NCBI GenBank assembly: GCA_017959065.1
Contig: JAGDBK010000064.1
Coordinates: 1,775 to 65,774 of the forward strand
Direction of reading: 5' to 3'
DNA length: 64,000 nucleotides
Source: Clostridia bacterium
Lineage (GTDB): Bacteria; Bacillota; Clostridia; Oscillospirales; CAG-272
Positions 7,657 through 17,407 of the stretch are shown one piece after another. A model generated the notes under the pieces. That model was given only the letters and a program-made list of their open reading frames with translations. It had not been told where the DNA came from and did no database searches. Position numbers and translations under genes: made by a program. Numbering within the stretch: position 1 is the stretch's first letter; each line of letters starts with the position of its first letter.

Positions 7657-8907
7657 ATGATTGCAAAAACCAATATGGATCTTCTGGAGAAATTCGATCC
7701 GGAAATAGGCGCCGCAATAAAGGCGGAATTCAAGCGTGAGAGCGACGGACTGGAACTGATCGCCTCAGAAAATGTCGTGTCCGAAGCTGTCCTGCTTGCC
7801 ATGGGAAGTGTTCTTACAAACAAGTATGCTGAGGGATATCCCGGGAAAAGGTACTACGGCGGATGCGAGTGTGTGGATGTCGTTGAGAATATCGCAATAG
7901 AGAGAGCCTGCAGACTTTTCGGATGCAACTTTGCTAACGTGCAGCCTCACAGCGGAGCGCAGGCGAATTTTGCGGTCTATTATGCATTCCTCAAACCCGG
8001 GGACAAGGTCCTGGGAATGAATCTTGCCCATGGCGGGCATCTTACTCACGGCAGCCCGGTGAACGTTTCCGGTTCATATTTTGAATTCGTACCTTACGGA
8101 GTCGACGAGACGACCGGACGGATAGACTACGACAAGGTCGCCGAACTGGCGGAAAGGGAGAAGCCGAAACTGATAGTTGCCGGCGCATCCGCTTATCCCA
8201 GGATAATTGATTTCAAAAGAATGGCCGAGATAGCGCACGGCAACGGAGCGATGCTCATGGTTGACATGGCTCATATAGCTGGGCTTGTGGCCGCCGGACT
8301 TCACCCGTCTCCGTTTCCGTATACTGATGTGGTCACGACCACGACCCACAAGACTCTTCGCGGTCCGCGCGGCGGTATGATACTCACCAATGATGAAGAA
8401 AAGGCAAAAGCAATCAACAAGGCGATTTTCCCGGGCACTCAGGGCGGACCTCTGATGCACGTTATCGCCGGAAAAGCGGTTTCGTTCGGTGAGGCGCTGA
8501 AGCCTGAGTTCAGATCTTATCAGCAGCAGATACTGAACAATGCCAAAGTGCTTGCGGATACGCTTGTCAGCGAAGGTTTCTCGCTTGTTTCGGGCGGGAC
8601 GGACAACCACCTTATGCTTTGCGATCTCAGACCGTTTGCCGTGACAGGCAAAGAGATGGAACACCGCCTGGACGAGGTCCATATAACCGTCAACAAGAAC
8701 TCGATACCCAATGATCCGGAAAAGCCGTTCGTTACCAGCGGCATCAGAATAGGCACTCCGGCGGTGACTTCCAGGGGACTTGCGGAAGACGACATGAGAG
8801 TTCTGGGAAAACTGATCAGACAGTGTGCCACGGATTTTGAGGCCTGCAAGGATGTCATAAGGGAAACGGTCATAGGTATTTGCAGAAAATACCCGATCTA
8901 CGAGTGA
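7657..8907 (+). CDS. glyA: Serine hydroxymethyltransferase
   Basis: Start refined to ATG 7657 (SD GGGAGA; sequence [16 protein letters not shown]...). Motifs: [16 protein letters not shown] and [14 protein letters not shown]. Length is 416 aa. The upstream part of the track ORF is leader. Confidence 0.95.
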   Translation: MIAKTNMDLLEKFDPEIGAAIKAEFKRESDGLELIASENVVSEAVLLAMGSVLTNKYAEGYPGKRYYGGCECVDVVENIAIERACRLFGCNFANVQPHSGAQANFAVYYAFLKPGDKVLGMNLAHGGHLTHGSPVNVSGSYFEFVPYGVDETTGRIDYDKVAELAEREKPKLIVAGASAYPRIIDFKRMAEIAHGNGAMLMVDMAHIAGLVAAGLHPSPFPYTDVVTTTTHKTLRGPRGGMILTNDEEKAKAINKAIFPGTQGGPLMHVIAGKAVSFGEALKPEFRSYQQQILNNAKVLADTLVSEGFSLVSGGTDNHLMLCDLRPFAVTGKEMEHRLDEVHITVNKNSIPNDPEKPFVTSGIRIGTPAVTSRGLAEDDMRVLGKLIRQCATDFEACKDVIRETVIGICRKYPIYE

Positions 8908-8920
8908 GAAAGCTGTATTT

Positions 8921-9415
8921 ATGAATGCAGAACGTAACGAAGCCGGGCTGAAAGCTGAAGCTGCCACGGCGCATCTCAAAAAAAGCGGAAAAACAGTCGC
9001 CACGGCAGAATCCTGTACCGGCGGACTGCTCGGAAAACTTATAACCGACAATCCCGGAGTCTCGGAGTTTTATCTTGGCGGCGCGGTGTGTTATTCAAAC
9101 GAAGCAAAGATACGGCTGCTCGGGGTGTCAGAGCGTACCATTTCGGAACACGGAGCCGTTTCCCGGGAAACGGCGGAGGAAATGGCTGAAGGAATTAGAA
9201 AGAAGCTCGGCGCTGATATCGGAGTATCAACGACAGGGATAGCCGGACCGGGCGGAGGCACCGAAAAAAAGCCGGTCGGTCTGGTATATGTCGGGATCAG
9301 CGACGGAAGCGGCGTTCGAAGTCATGAGCTTCGTTTAGGCAGCGGTCTTTCCAGAGATGAGATAAGAAACAGTACAGCGGAATTCGTATTTACTTTGTTA
9401 TCAGACAGCGAATAA
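8921..9415 (+). CDS. CinA C-terminal-domain protein / nicotinamide-nucleotide amidohydrolase (PncC-like)
   Basis: Motifs [21 protein letters not shown] and KPVGLVY; 164 aa, carrying only the CinA C-terminal domain. Confidence 0.85.
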   Translation: MNAERNEAGLKAEAATAHLKKSGKTVATAESCTGGLLGKLITDNPGVSEFYLGGAVCYSNEAKIRLLGVSERTISEHGAVSRETAEEMAEGIRKKLGADIGVSTTGIAGPGGGTEKKPVGLVYVGISDGSGVRSHELRLGSGLSRDEIRNSTAEFVFTLLSDSE

Positions 9416-9460
9416 TTCAATCCGCCGATGCGGCGGACAGATATTACAGGAGAAACAATT

Positions 9461-10525
9461 ATGGCAAGAAAATTTAGAAAAATCGGAGTATTGACATCAG
9501 GCGGAGACGCACCGGGAATGAATTCGGCTCTCAGAGAGGTAGCGCTGGAGGCTCTTTCTTCAGGTGTTGAAGTCCTGGGAATAATGAAGGGTTATACGGG
9601 ACTGATAAGCGGAGAACTAATGGAACTGACACCGGAGAGAGTCGCCGGTATTTCCCCTTTGAGCGGCACGATCCTCTATTCGGACAGATGCCTTGAATTT
9701 GCAACTGAAGAGGGAATGAAAAAGGCGGTCAGAACCTGCGAGCTCAATCAGATCGACGGTATAGTCGCAATCGGCGGCGACGGCACTTTCAGGGGAGCGA
9801 CCGATCTGACCCACCACGGCGTGCCCTGCATAGGGATACCCGGAACGATAGACAACGACATAACATCCACAGACTATACCATAGGTTTTGACACCGCAAT
9901 GAACACGGTCGTAGGGCTTGCGGATAATCTGAGGGATACCTGCGAGTCGCATGCCCGTTGCTCGGTAATAGAAGTCATGGGAAGAGACGCAGGGTATATT
10001 GCTGTCGAATCCGCGATAGCGGCCGGTGCAGTTGCCGTTGCGATACCTGAAGTTCCTTTTGATGAAGACAAGGCTGTCGAGCGGATAATCAAAGAAAGGA
10101 AAAACGGGACAAGAGCGTTTATAGTTATGGTCTCGGAAGGACTCGGATCTGAGTTCGGCGAGAAACTTACAAAGAGGATCAACGATGAAGCAAAGGTTGA
10201 GAGCAGATTTGCAAGACTCGCCCATGTGGTAAGAGGAGGCAAACCCACACTCAGAGACAGGCTTACCGCATCGATGATGGGTGAGAAAGCGGTAAAGGAG
10301 CTTCTTTCAGGCAAAAGCGATCTGGTGATTTGCGAGAAAGACAGCCGTATTGTGGCGAGAGATATTGATTATGCGCTTGTTCTCGACCGTCTTTATAAAA
10401 ACAAACTGAAAGACGGAGATCTGGAAAAATTCTCGGAAAAAGTAGTAGTCAAGATGAAAAAGGAAGCCGAGGAAGTTCGGCAGCTTGTTAAGGATCTGTA
10501 CACCACCGCAAACAGACTTGCCTGA
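9461..10525 (+). CDS. pfkA: ATP-dependent 6-phosphofructokinase
   Basis: Start refined to ATG 9461 (SD AGGAGA). Motifs: IGVLTSGGDAPGMN, IGGDGTFRGA and IPGTIDND. Confidence 0.9.
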   Translation: MARKFRKIGVLTSGGDAPGMNSALREVALEALSSGVEVLGIMKGYTGLISGELMELTPERVAGISPLSGTILYSDRCLEFATEEGMKKAVRTCELNQIDGIVAIGGDGTFRGATDLTHHGVPCIGIPGTIDNDITSTDYTIGFDTAMNTVVGLADNLRDTCESHARCSVIEVMGRDAGYIAVESAIAAGAVAVAIPEVPFDEDKAVERIIKERKNGTRAFIVMVSEGLGSEFGEKLTKRINDEAKVESRFARLAHVVRGGKPTLRDRLTASMMGEKAVKELLSGKSDLVICEKDSRIVARDIDYALVLDRLYKNKLKDGDLEKFSEKVVVKMKKEAEEVRQLVKDLYTTANRLA

Positions 10526-10560
10526 TATCGTTTTTCAACTATATGTTCAGGGGGTAAAGC

Positions 10561-11904
10561 ATGGAGAAGCTCAGAATCCACGAAAGCGGCAGATTTCTGG
10601 AATATGAAAGCGGCAAACCTTTTTTTTACCTTGGAGACACTGCATGGGATCTGGTTCACAGATTAACAAAGGACGAGATCGAACTCTATTTGTCCGTAAG
10701 GGCATCGCAGGGGTTCAATGTCATTCAGTGCGTAGCTTTGTCAGAATGGGCAAACAAGCACGGAAGATATGCACTGAAAGAGCCGAGGGACCGGCTTGAT
10801 TACGACGATGAAGGCGAGTATTCTTTCTGGGCCGGGCTGGACTTTTGCGTCGAATGCGCGGAAAAGTACGGAATATACATAGGAATGCTTCCGCTGTGGA
10901 ATACAAGCTACACTGATGGACCTATGGTATTTCAATCCTATGAGCCCGCTTTTGAATACGGTCGCTTCCTTGGAGACCGCTACAAGAATCACAATAACAT
11001 AATCTGGATCCTCGGCGGAGATGTCAAGGCGGAACCGTTTATGGATCCGGTCTTCAAGGGACTGGCAGAAGGAATCAAAGCCGGCGAAAAGGAAGACAAC
11101 CATCATCTGATCACATTCCACCCGCGCGGTCCTTCCGATACGGTAAGCGAGCTGAAAGGGGACAGAGATTACCTGGATTTCCTCGGCTGCCAGAGCGGGC
11201 ACACAGTCGGATGGTCATACGAGCCTTACAAGCTTTTCGAAAAACTGATACCGACAGGGAAACCTTATATCGATCTGGAACCTCATTACGAGGACCATGT
11301 GGCAAACTGGGTCCCGGAATTCAAGAGATACGATGCAAGCGATATCAGGCAGGGCGCATATGAGAGCGTTTTTGCAGGAGCCTGCGGACAGGGATACGGG
11401 AATCCGATAGTCGCTTTCTTCCTTTATGAGCCGCTGACTCAATACGGATGCGATTTCTACTTTGGAAATCTTATTGAAGACGGGCTCGACACCAAGGGTT
11501 GGCACCATGCCCTGCGTCATGAAGGGGCAGAGTCATTGAAACATCTGAAAAATCTAAGGCTGTCCAGACCGTATTTTGAGTTGAGACCTTCGCCGGAACT
11601 GGTTCTGAATTCAGATGATGACTATTTGTTTGGAAGGATCTCGGCCGCGCGCGGCGATGATTACGCATTTGTTTACTCTCCGCTCGGGAGGGAGATCCAA
11701 GTCGATTGTTCTCAGATAAACAAACAGTTTATACGCGCGTCGTGGTTCAATCCCAGGACCGGTGAAGAAAAACTCATATGCTATCAGAAGCCGAGAAAAT
11801 CCGTTTTTGTTCCGGAGACCTCCGGAAAAGGACAGGACTGGGTCCTGATACTTGACGGCGGAAAGCGGGACTGGAAAGAGATCGGCCAGATTACCCATGA
11901 GTGA
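10561..11904 (+). CDS. DUF4038 / GH140-like (apiosidase-like) glycoside hydrolase, copy 1
   Basis: N-terminus KPFFYLGDTAWDL...SQGFNVIQ is typical of DUF4038. It is the tandem paralogue of 11935..13293. Confidence 0.65.
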   Translation: MEKLRIHESGRFLEYESGKPFFYLGDTAWDLVHRLTKDEIELYLSVRASQGFNVIQCVALSEWANKHGRYALKEPRDRLDYDDEGEYSFWAGLDFCVECAEKYGIYIGMLPLWNTSYTDGPMVFQSYEPAFEYGRFLGDRYKNHNNIIWILGGDVKAEPFMDPVFKGLAEGIKAGEKEDNHHLITFHPRGPSDTVSELKGDRDYLDFLGCQSGHTVGWSYEPYKLFEKLIPTGKPYIDLEPHYEDHVANWVPEFKRYDASDIRQGAYESVFAGACGQGYGNPIVAFFLYEPLTQYGCDFYFGNLIEDGLDTKGWHHALRHEGAESLKHLKNLRLSRPYFELRPSPELVLNSDDDYLFGRISAARGDDYAFVYSPLGREIQVDCSQINKQFIRASWFNPRTGEEKLICYQKPRKSVFVPETSGKGQDWVLILDGGKRDWKEIGQITHE

Positions 11905-11934
11905 TCTGAGATCGAAAACAATAGGGAGGGCATC

Positions 11935-13293
11935 ATGCAGAGGCTGAAGATTTCGGACAACGGACATTTTCTTGCTTATGAGGACGGAAAACCGTTCTTC
12001 TATCAGGGAGACACTGCGTGGGATATGTTTCAGCGCCTTACGAGGGACGAAGTCGAACTGTACATGTCGGTCAGGGAATCGCAGGAATTCAATGTGCTCC
12101 AGTGCATTCTTCTCGGCGGTACCGAACCTTATGACTATCCGAACAAATACGGGCACACATCTATAAAACCCCCGTATGACAAGCTTGATTTTGATCTTGA
12201 CGGGGATAACTCATACTGGAATCATGTTGATTTCTGTCTCGACTGTGCTGAAAGGCACAATCTCTACATCGGCCTGCTTCCGATGTGGAACAACAAATAC
12301 AGCGATCCCGACGACACATTATTTACAGGATATGAACCGAGTTTCTATTACGGGAAGTTTCTGGGAGAGAGGTTCAAAGGCCGGAAGAACATCATATGGA
12401 TATTCGGGGGCGACGTTTCGGTCCTGCCCCATATGTATGATATTTTTCAGGGTCTGGCTGACGGGATCAAGGAAGGCGAGGGGGATGAACACAACCTCAT
12501 CACTTTCCACCCGAGAGGAAATGCGGACGCGGTCAGTGAGCTGAACGGGGACAAGCCGTATCTTGATTTCCTTTCTTCTCAAAGCGGACACACGGTGGAT
12601 TATTCATACGACCCCACTCAGTATTTCCCTCCTATGGCTGCGACAGGGAAACCGTTTTTCGATGCGGAGGCCCACTATGAAGACCATGTCGCGAACTGGT
12701 CGGAGGATCTGAAAAGATGGGACGGGGCTGATATCAGAGAAGGGGCATATGAGAGCGTTTTTGCAGGAGCCTGCGGACAGACATACGGTAATCCCATTGT
12801 CGCATTCTTCCTTTACGAGCCGCTCACTCAGTATAAATGTCCTTATTATATAGGCAATCTGAAGAAGTACGGATATGACATCAAAGGATGGAATCATGCC
12901 TTGAGGCATGAAGGAGCCGAGACCTTGAAGTATCTTCAGAGGCTGCGCCTGTCCCGGCCGTATTTTGACTTCAGGCCCGCCCCCGAACTGGTCGCCAATT
13001 CAGAAGATGATCTTTTGTTCGGACGTATATGCGCGGCGCGCGGAGAAGATTACGCATTCATTTATTCCCCGTACGGCAGAGAAATTAAGGTCGACTGTTC
13101 TCAGATAAAGAAGCAGTTTATCAGAGCGTCGTGGTTCAACCCCAGGACAGGGGAGGAGAAACTGATCTGCTATCTTACGGCCAGAAAAGCGGTCTTCGTA
13201 CCCGAGACCAGAGGAAAAGGACAGGATTGGGTCCTGGTGCTCGACGGCGGTAAGAGAGACTGGAAAGAGATAGGCCAGATGATCCACGAGTGA
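11935..13293 (+). CDS. DUF4038 / GH140-like glycoside hydrolase, copy 2
   Basis: Collinear with copy 1, with very high identity in the C-terminal third. An identical 36-nt DNA stretch occurs at 11356-11391 and 12745-12780. Confidence 0.65.
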   Translation: MQRLKISDNGHFLAYEDGKPFFYQGDTAWDMFQRLTRDEVELYMSVRESQEFNVLQCILLGGTEPYDYPNKYGHTSIKPPYDKLDFDLDGDNSYWNHVDFCLDCAERHNLYIGLLPMWNNKYSDPDDTLFTGYEPSFYYGKFLGERFKGRKNIIWIFGGDVSVLPHMYDIFQGLADGIKEGEGDEHNLITFHPRGNADAVSELNGDKPYLDFLSSQSGHTVDYSYDPTQYFPPMAATGKPFFDAEAHYEDHVANWSEDLKRWDGADIREGAYESVFAGACGQTYGNPIVAFFLYEPLTQYKCPYYIGNLKKYGYDIKGWNHALRHEGAETLKYLQRLRLSRPYFDFRPAPELVANSEDDLLFGRICAARGEDYAFIYSPYGREIKVDCSQIKKQFIRASWFNPRTGEEKLICYLTARKAVFVPETRGKGQDWVLVLDGGKRDWKEIGQMIHE

Positions 13294-13343
13294 CCGGCGA
13301 TCCCGTTGGGGGATTGAATCCAGGCTGATCGAAAGACAAAAAA

Positions 13344-13367
13344 GCCCTGCCTCGTTTGAGGCAGGGC
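13344..13367. terminator. Bidirectional intrinsic terminator between convergent genes
   Basis: GCCCTGCCTC-gttt-GAGGCAGGGC, flanked by an A-run upstream and T-rich sequence downstream. Confidence 0.7.
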
Positions 13368-13378
13368 CGTTTGATTTG

Positions 13379-14437
13379 TCAGGCGTCGAAAGCAACGACC
13401 TGTCCGAGTCTGTCGGATTCGCAGGCAGCTTCCATGAGTTTCATTACACGCATAAGCTGTTCGTGGGTTACGAGCTGAGTTGCTTTTCCGTCAAGAGTAG
13501 CTACCAGATTTCTGTAGAAGTCGTGAACGTCTGACTTTATCTCGGGATACGGAACTGTTTTGATCGTGTCATCGGTCCTGGGCGCCATTGTCTTTGTCAG
13601 GCCGGCAGCGGTTCTGATCGGAACAGCATCTTTAGCTTCCCAGTTGGTACAGCAGACGATTTTTCCTTTGGAGATGTTCCAGCTGCTTTTGGCTGTTCCG
13701 TCCTGGCCCTGAACATACCAGCGCGGAAGCTCAATGAAATTGGACGTCCCGACTTCAACATAGGCGCGGATGCCGTCCTCGAACATCATTACCATACGGA
13801 AACCGTCATCAACCTCGTAATTGGTGACATGGTCCATCGTACAGTAGACGGATTTGATCTTTTTCTGCGGGTAAAGAACATTAACGATCTGATCAAGAAG
13901 ATGAACGCCCCAGTCAAGCATCATACCGCCGCCGTGCTTCTTCATTCCGCGCCAGTCGCCCGGAATGCCGCGTGAACCGTGAACGCGGGATTCTATGTTG
14001 AACACGGGTCCGATAGTGCCTTCCTCAATTATCTGTTTCACCGCAAGGAAATCCTCGTCCCAGCGGCGGTTCTGATGAGTAGTGAACAGGACTTTGTTCC
14101 TTTTTGCCGTTTCTATCATTTCAGCAAGATCGGCAGACGACAGCGTAACGGGTTTCTCCGTGAAAACATTGTGTCCTCTGTTCATTGCCTCGATCGCGAG
14201 CGGCTTGTGCATATCGTTTTCGGTGGAGATCAGGATCAGGTCGATCCTCTTGTCTGCCAGAACCTCCTCAAACGAGGAGTAAGTATATATATTACGGCTT
14301 TTCGCATAATCGATGCGCTCCTGCTTGATGTCATATATCCCGAGCAGGGTGCACACGTCACTGTTTTCCAGTTCATGAGAATGCCAGTTGCCCATTCCGC
14401 CAAACCCAACAATAACCACATTCTTTTTTCTGTTCAT
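13379..14437 (-). CDS. Gfo/Idh/MocA-family NAD(P)-dependent oxidoreductase
   Basis: Start refined to ATG 14437 (SD AAGGGGA; sequence MNRKKNVVIVGFGGMGNWH). Rossmann N-terminus and an EKP motif (FTEKPV) are present. Confidence 0.85.
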   Translation of the reverse strand: MNRKKNVVIVGFGGMGNWHSHELENSDVCTLLGIYDIKQERIDYAKSRNIYTYSSFEEVLADKRIDLILISTENDMHKPLAIEAMNRGHNVFTEKPVTLSSADLAEMIETAKRNKVLFTTHQNRRWDEDFLAVKQIIEEGTIGPVFNIESRVHGSRGIPGDWRGMKKHGGGMMLDWGVHLLDQIVNVLYPQKKIKSVYCTMDHVTNYEVDDGFRMVMMFEDGIRAYVEVGTSNFIELPRWYVQGQDGTAKSSWNISKGKIVCCTNWEAKDAVPIRTAAGLTKTMAPRTDDTIKTVPYPEIKSDVHDFYRNLVATLDGKATQLVTHEQLMRVMKLMEAACESDRLGQVVAFDA

Positions 14438-14693
14438 ACTTAGTCCCCTTTGCCGCATACAATCACGTGAATACGGCAGTCTTCTTTCCTATGATAATCC
14501 GGATCCGAAGGCGGTGCTTTTTAGACCTCGCACCTTCCGGACCGTCATGGATATTATATAATACCAGGCTTTGTTTTTCAAGCAAAATGACAACAAAAAG
14601 AGTGCGTCGGACCGTCTTCGGCCCGGATCGCCATTCTCACGGCGGAGCCACTCAGCCGATCGCTGTATCGGCGTCCCCGCAGAGCGCTTTCCC

Positions 14694-14722
14694 TTGACAT
14701 CTATTTCCGTTTTTTCTATAAT
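14694..14722 (+). promoter_or_regulatory. Consensus sigma-A promoter of galU
   Basis: TTGACA (14694-14699), 17-nt spacer, TATAAT (14717-14722). Confidence 0.7.
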
Positions 14723-14840
14723 TAATCCGAATTGACAGACCACAGCCGTTGACGAGACGGCCGGCGGCGAATATGCACCGGATTTATCGCCGGTCTGATT
14801 TGATGTACCACAACGTTTTTTTAATTGCGAGGAAAAACAC

Positions 14841-15719
14841 ATGACGAAGAGAATCACCAAAGCAGTCATTCCCGCGGCCGGGCTGGGTACACGTATGCTG
14901 CCCATAGCTAGGGCGGTCCCTAAGGAGATGCTGCCTATCGTTGACAGGCCTGCAATGTCCTATTTGGTTGAAGAGGCTGCGAAAAGCGGAATTACAGATA
15001 TCCTCATAATCACCGGACGAGGCAAGGAGGCCATAGAGAATTATTTTGATTACAGTACGGAATACGACAGCAGACTTCTGGCCAAGGGAAAAGAAAGCAC
15101 TGTAAAGGAACTTCACAGAGAAGCGGAAGAAGTCAATGTCCATTTCATACGCCAGCTTGAACCCAAAGGACTCGGACACGCTATAAGACGCGCGAAATCA
15201 TTTGTCGGCAACGAACCGTTTGCCGTCCTTTACGGGGATGATATTATCTTTTCCGAGGTACCTGTGGTCAAGCAGCTCATAGGGCTCTTTGAAAAATACG
15301 GGAAGGCAGTTGTCGGCTCGAAAGAGGTTACTGTAGAACAGATCCAGAAATACAGTTCTCTGAAAGTTGAGAGCACCGGTACAAAAGACGAGTATTTTGT
15401 TTCAGACATGATCGAAAAGCCTTCACCGGACCAGATCTTTTCGCTCCTGACCATACTCGGACGAGTGATCCTGACTCCGGATATTTTTGATATTCTCGAT
15501 AACACGGAGCCGGGAGCCGGTGGGGAGATCCAGCTGACGGACGCGATGAAAGTGCTTTCTAATACAGTCGGAATGACCGCGCTTATTTTTGAGGGTACTC
15601 GTTATGATCTCGGTTCAAAGCTTGGGTTGCTTACTGCCAATGTTGACAGAGCGCTCAGGGACGAAAGTATCGGGCCGGCATTCAGAGAGTATTTGAAGAC
15701 TGTATGCAAAGGTCTTTGA
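14841..15719 (+). CDS. galU: UTP--glucose-1-phosphate uridylyltransferase
   Basis: Motifs KAVIPAAGLGTRMLPIARAVPKEMLPIVD and VLYGDD. Confidence 0.92.
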   Translation: MTKRITKAVIPAAGLGTRMLPIARAVPKEMLPIVDRPAMSYLVEEAAKSGITDILIITGRGKEAIENYFDYSTEYDSRLLAKGKESTVKELHREAEEVNVHFIRQLEPKGLGHAIRRAKSFVGNEPFAVLYGDDIIFSEVPVVKQLIGLFEKYGKAVVGSKEVTVEQIQKYSSLKVESTGTKDEYFVSDMIEKPSPDQIFSLLTILGRVILTPDIFDILDNTEPGAGGEIQLTDAMKVLSNTVGMTALIFEGTRYDLGSKLGLLTANVDRALRDESIGPAFREYLKTVCKGL

Positions 15720-15764
15720 GGTGATAAGGCCAGGACAAAAACTTTAAGGTGATTGATAAACAAT

Positions 15765-16253
15765 ATGGAAAGAGTATCAAAAGAAAACTATTACCTTGAT
15801 ATCGCCCAGACCGTTGCAGAACGGTCAACCTGCCTGAGGCGGGCATTCGGAGCGATAATTGTCAAAAATGACGTAATAGTATCCACCGGCTACAACGGAG
15901 CTCCCAGAGGAAGAGTCAACTGCTGCGACAGGGGAACATGCATTAGGGAAGATATGAATATTCCGAGAGGGGAAAGATACGAGCTTTGCCGGTCGGTCCA
16001 TTCGGAAGCCAATGCCATAATAGCCGCCCCGCGAGAACAGATGCTGGGTTCTACTCTGTATATGGTCTGTTTGGATCCGAAGGACAAGTCTCTTCAAAGC
16101 GGAACATCTTCCTGCATGATGTGCAAGAGGATGATCATAAATGCCGGCATCTCGAAGGTCGTCATAAGGGACACGGAAAATGAATTTCGGACGATCGACG
16201 TTCAGGACTGGATAACAAACGACGACAGCCTTTCCGGACAGTTCGGATACTGA
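15765..16253 (+). CDS. dCMP (deoxycytidylate) deaminase, ComEB-like
   Basis: ATG 15765 (the track ORF starts at TTG 15753). Zinc motifs are HSEANAI and SCMMCKRMIINAGI. Confidence 0.85.
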   Translation: MERVSKENYYLDIAQTVAERSTCLRRAFGAIIVKNDVIVSTGYNGAPRGRVNCCDRGTCIREDMNIPRGERYELCRSVHSEANAIIAAPREQMLGSTLYMVCLDPKDKSLQSGTSSCMMCKRMIINAGISKVVIRDTENEFRTIDVQDWITNDDSLSGQFGY

Positions 16254-16337
16254 AAGGACTCTCCCGGCATGGCCATTCCGCGTGTTTGAGATCAAAAACG
16301 ATTTGATCAATTAATTTGTAAGGATGACCGGTTTGAC

Positions 16338-17390
16338 ATGACAGAAAACGAACTCAGAGAAACTCTGAAGACAAAGAAGCCTATTGCTTTTAAAAGAGAC
16401 GGGACGTTCAGGGTTCTGTTTTTCTCTGACATCCACTGTTTCCTCGACGGCGGGGATATGCGGTCTCTGGATGCGATGGAAAAGATGATAGAAGAAAAGT
16501 CGCCCGACCTGGTCCTCTGGGCAGGAGACGGTCCCGCCGGAGCAAAAACCAGGGACGATCTGATTAAACTTATCAAGGTCTTTTCCCTTCCAATGGAAAG
16601 CCGGGGCATACCGTGGGCGGTAACGAACGGTAATCACGCTTCCGCGGCATGCAGGGACCTCTCGCTTGAAGAGATCGAGGATGTTTTTGAAAAGTGCTTC
16701 GATTTCTGTGTGACCAAGCATGTGGAGGGTATTCACGGAAACACCAATTACGTTCTGCCTGTCTATTCAACAAAAGATCCTTCCAGAATAGCGCTGAACG
16801 TTTTTTCACTGGACACGGGGAACGACATGAGCGATATCGACGGTGTCAGGATCGTCCGGGGCAGGATCTGCTCGGACGTGATCAAAAGGGCGCTTCCGGT
16901 CGGGGTCACGGCACACAATTACGACATTATTCGTTTCGACCAGCTGGCGTGGTACTGGGACGTTTCATCTTCGGTCGAAAAGATTAACGGCAAGACTCCC
17001 GCTATCATGTTCACCCACTGCTGTCCCCACGAGGCAAAGATAATCAGGGACAATCCGGAAGAGACGAAGATGGTCGGAAACTTTACGGAAGGCATCAGAA
17101 CAGGTCCTCTGAACAGTGGAGTATTTGCAACAGTCGTTGAACGCGGTGACGTGATCGGTTTCTATTTCGGACACAATCATAACAACACGGCGGAAGGCAC
17201 ATATTGCGGCATAAGGATGGGATATGTCGGAAGCGTGGGATATGAGGGTTACGGAGTCTCCGGTCATACGGACGCGGAAAAGAACAAGTACAGGGGCGCA
17301 AGGCTGCTCTCGTTTAAAGAAGACGATATTCTGAATTATTCCTCAGAGTATCTCTATTCATCGGATTATGTTAAACACTATAACAGCTGA
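16338..17390 (+). CDS. Calcineurin-like metallophosphoesterase, copy 1
   Basis: Motifs FFSDIHC, WAGDG, NGNHAS and GHNHNN. No signal peptide. Confidence 0.75.
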   Translation: MTENELRETLKTKKPIAFKRDGTFRVLFFSDIHCFLDGGDMRSLDAMEKMIEEKSPDLVLWAGDGPAGAKTRDDLIKLIKVFSLPMESRGIPWAVTNGNHASAACRDLSLEEIEDVFEKCFDFCVTKHVEGIHGNTNYVLPVYSTKDPSRIALNVFSLDTGNDMSDIDGVRIVRGRICSDVIKRALPVGVTAHNYDIIRFDQLAWYWDVSSSVEKINGKTPAIMFTHCCPHEAKIIRDNPEETKMVGNFTEGIRTGPLNSGVFATVVERGDVIGFYFGHNHNNTAEGTYCGIRMGYVGSVGYEGYGVSGHTDAEKNKYRGARLLSFKEDDILNYSSEYLYSSDYVKHYNS

Positions 17391-17407
17391 GACAAAAGAG
17401 GATCGGA

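Noticed and set aside
8074-9051. Long antisense ORFs opposite bona fide genes, for example 8074-9051 (-), 20782-21528 (+), 24485-25225 (-), 28992-29756 (-), 54159-54827 (-), 58903-59592 (-), 60484-61095 (+) and 61378-62388 (+).
   Set aside because: Each lies entirely within a strongly supported gene on the other strand (glyA, mfd, M23 peptidase, rplK/rplA, NahK-like, thrS, GH, isomerase). Their Arg/Ser/Cys-rich composition is typical of shadow ORFs, and they have no SD or motifs.
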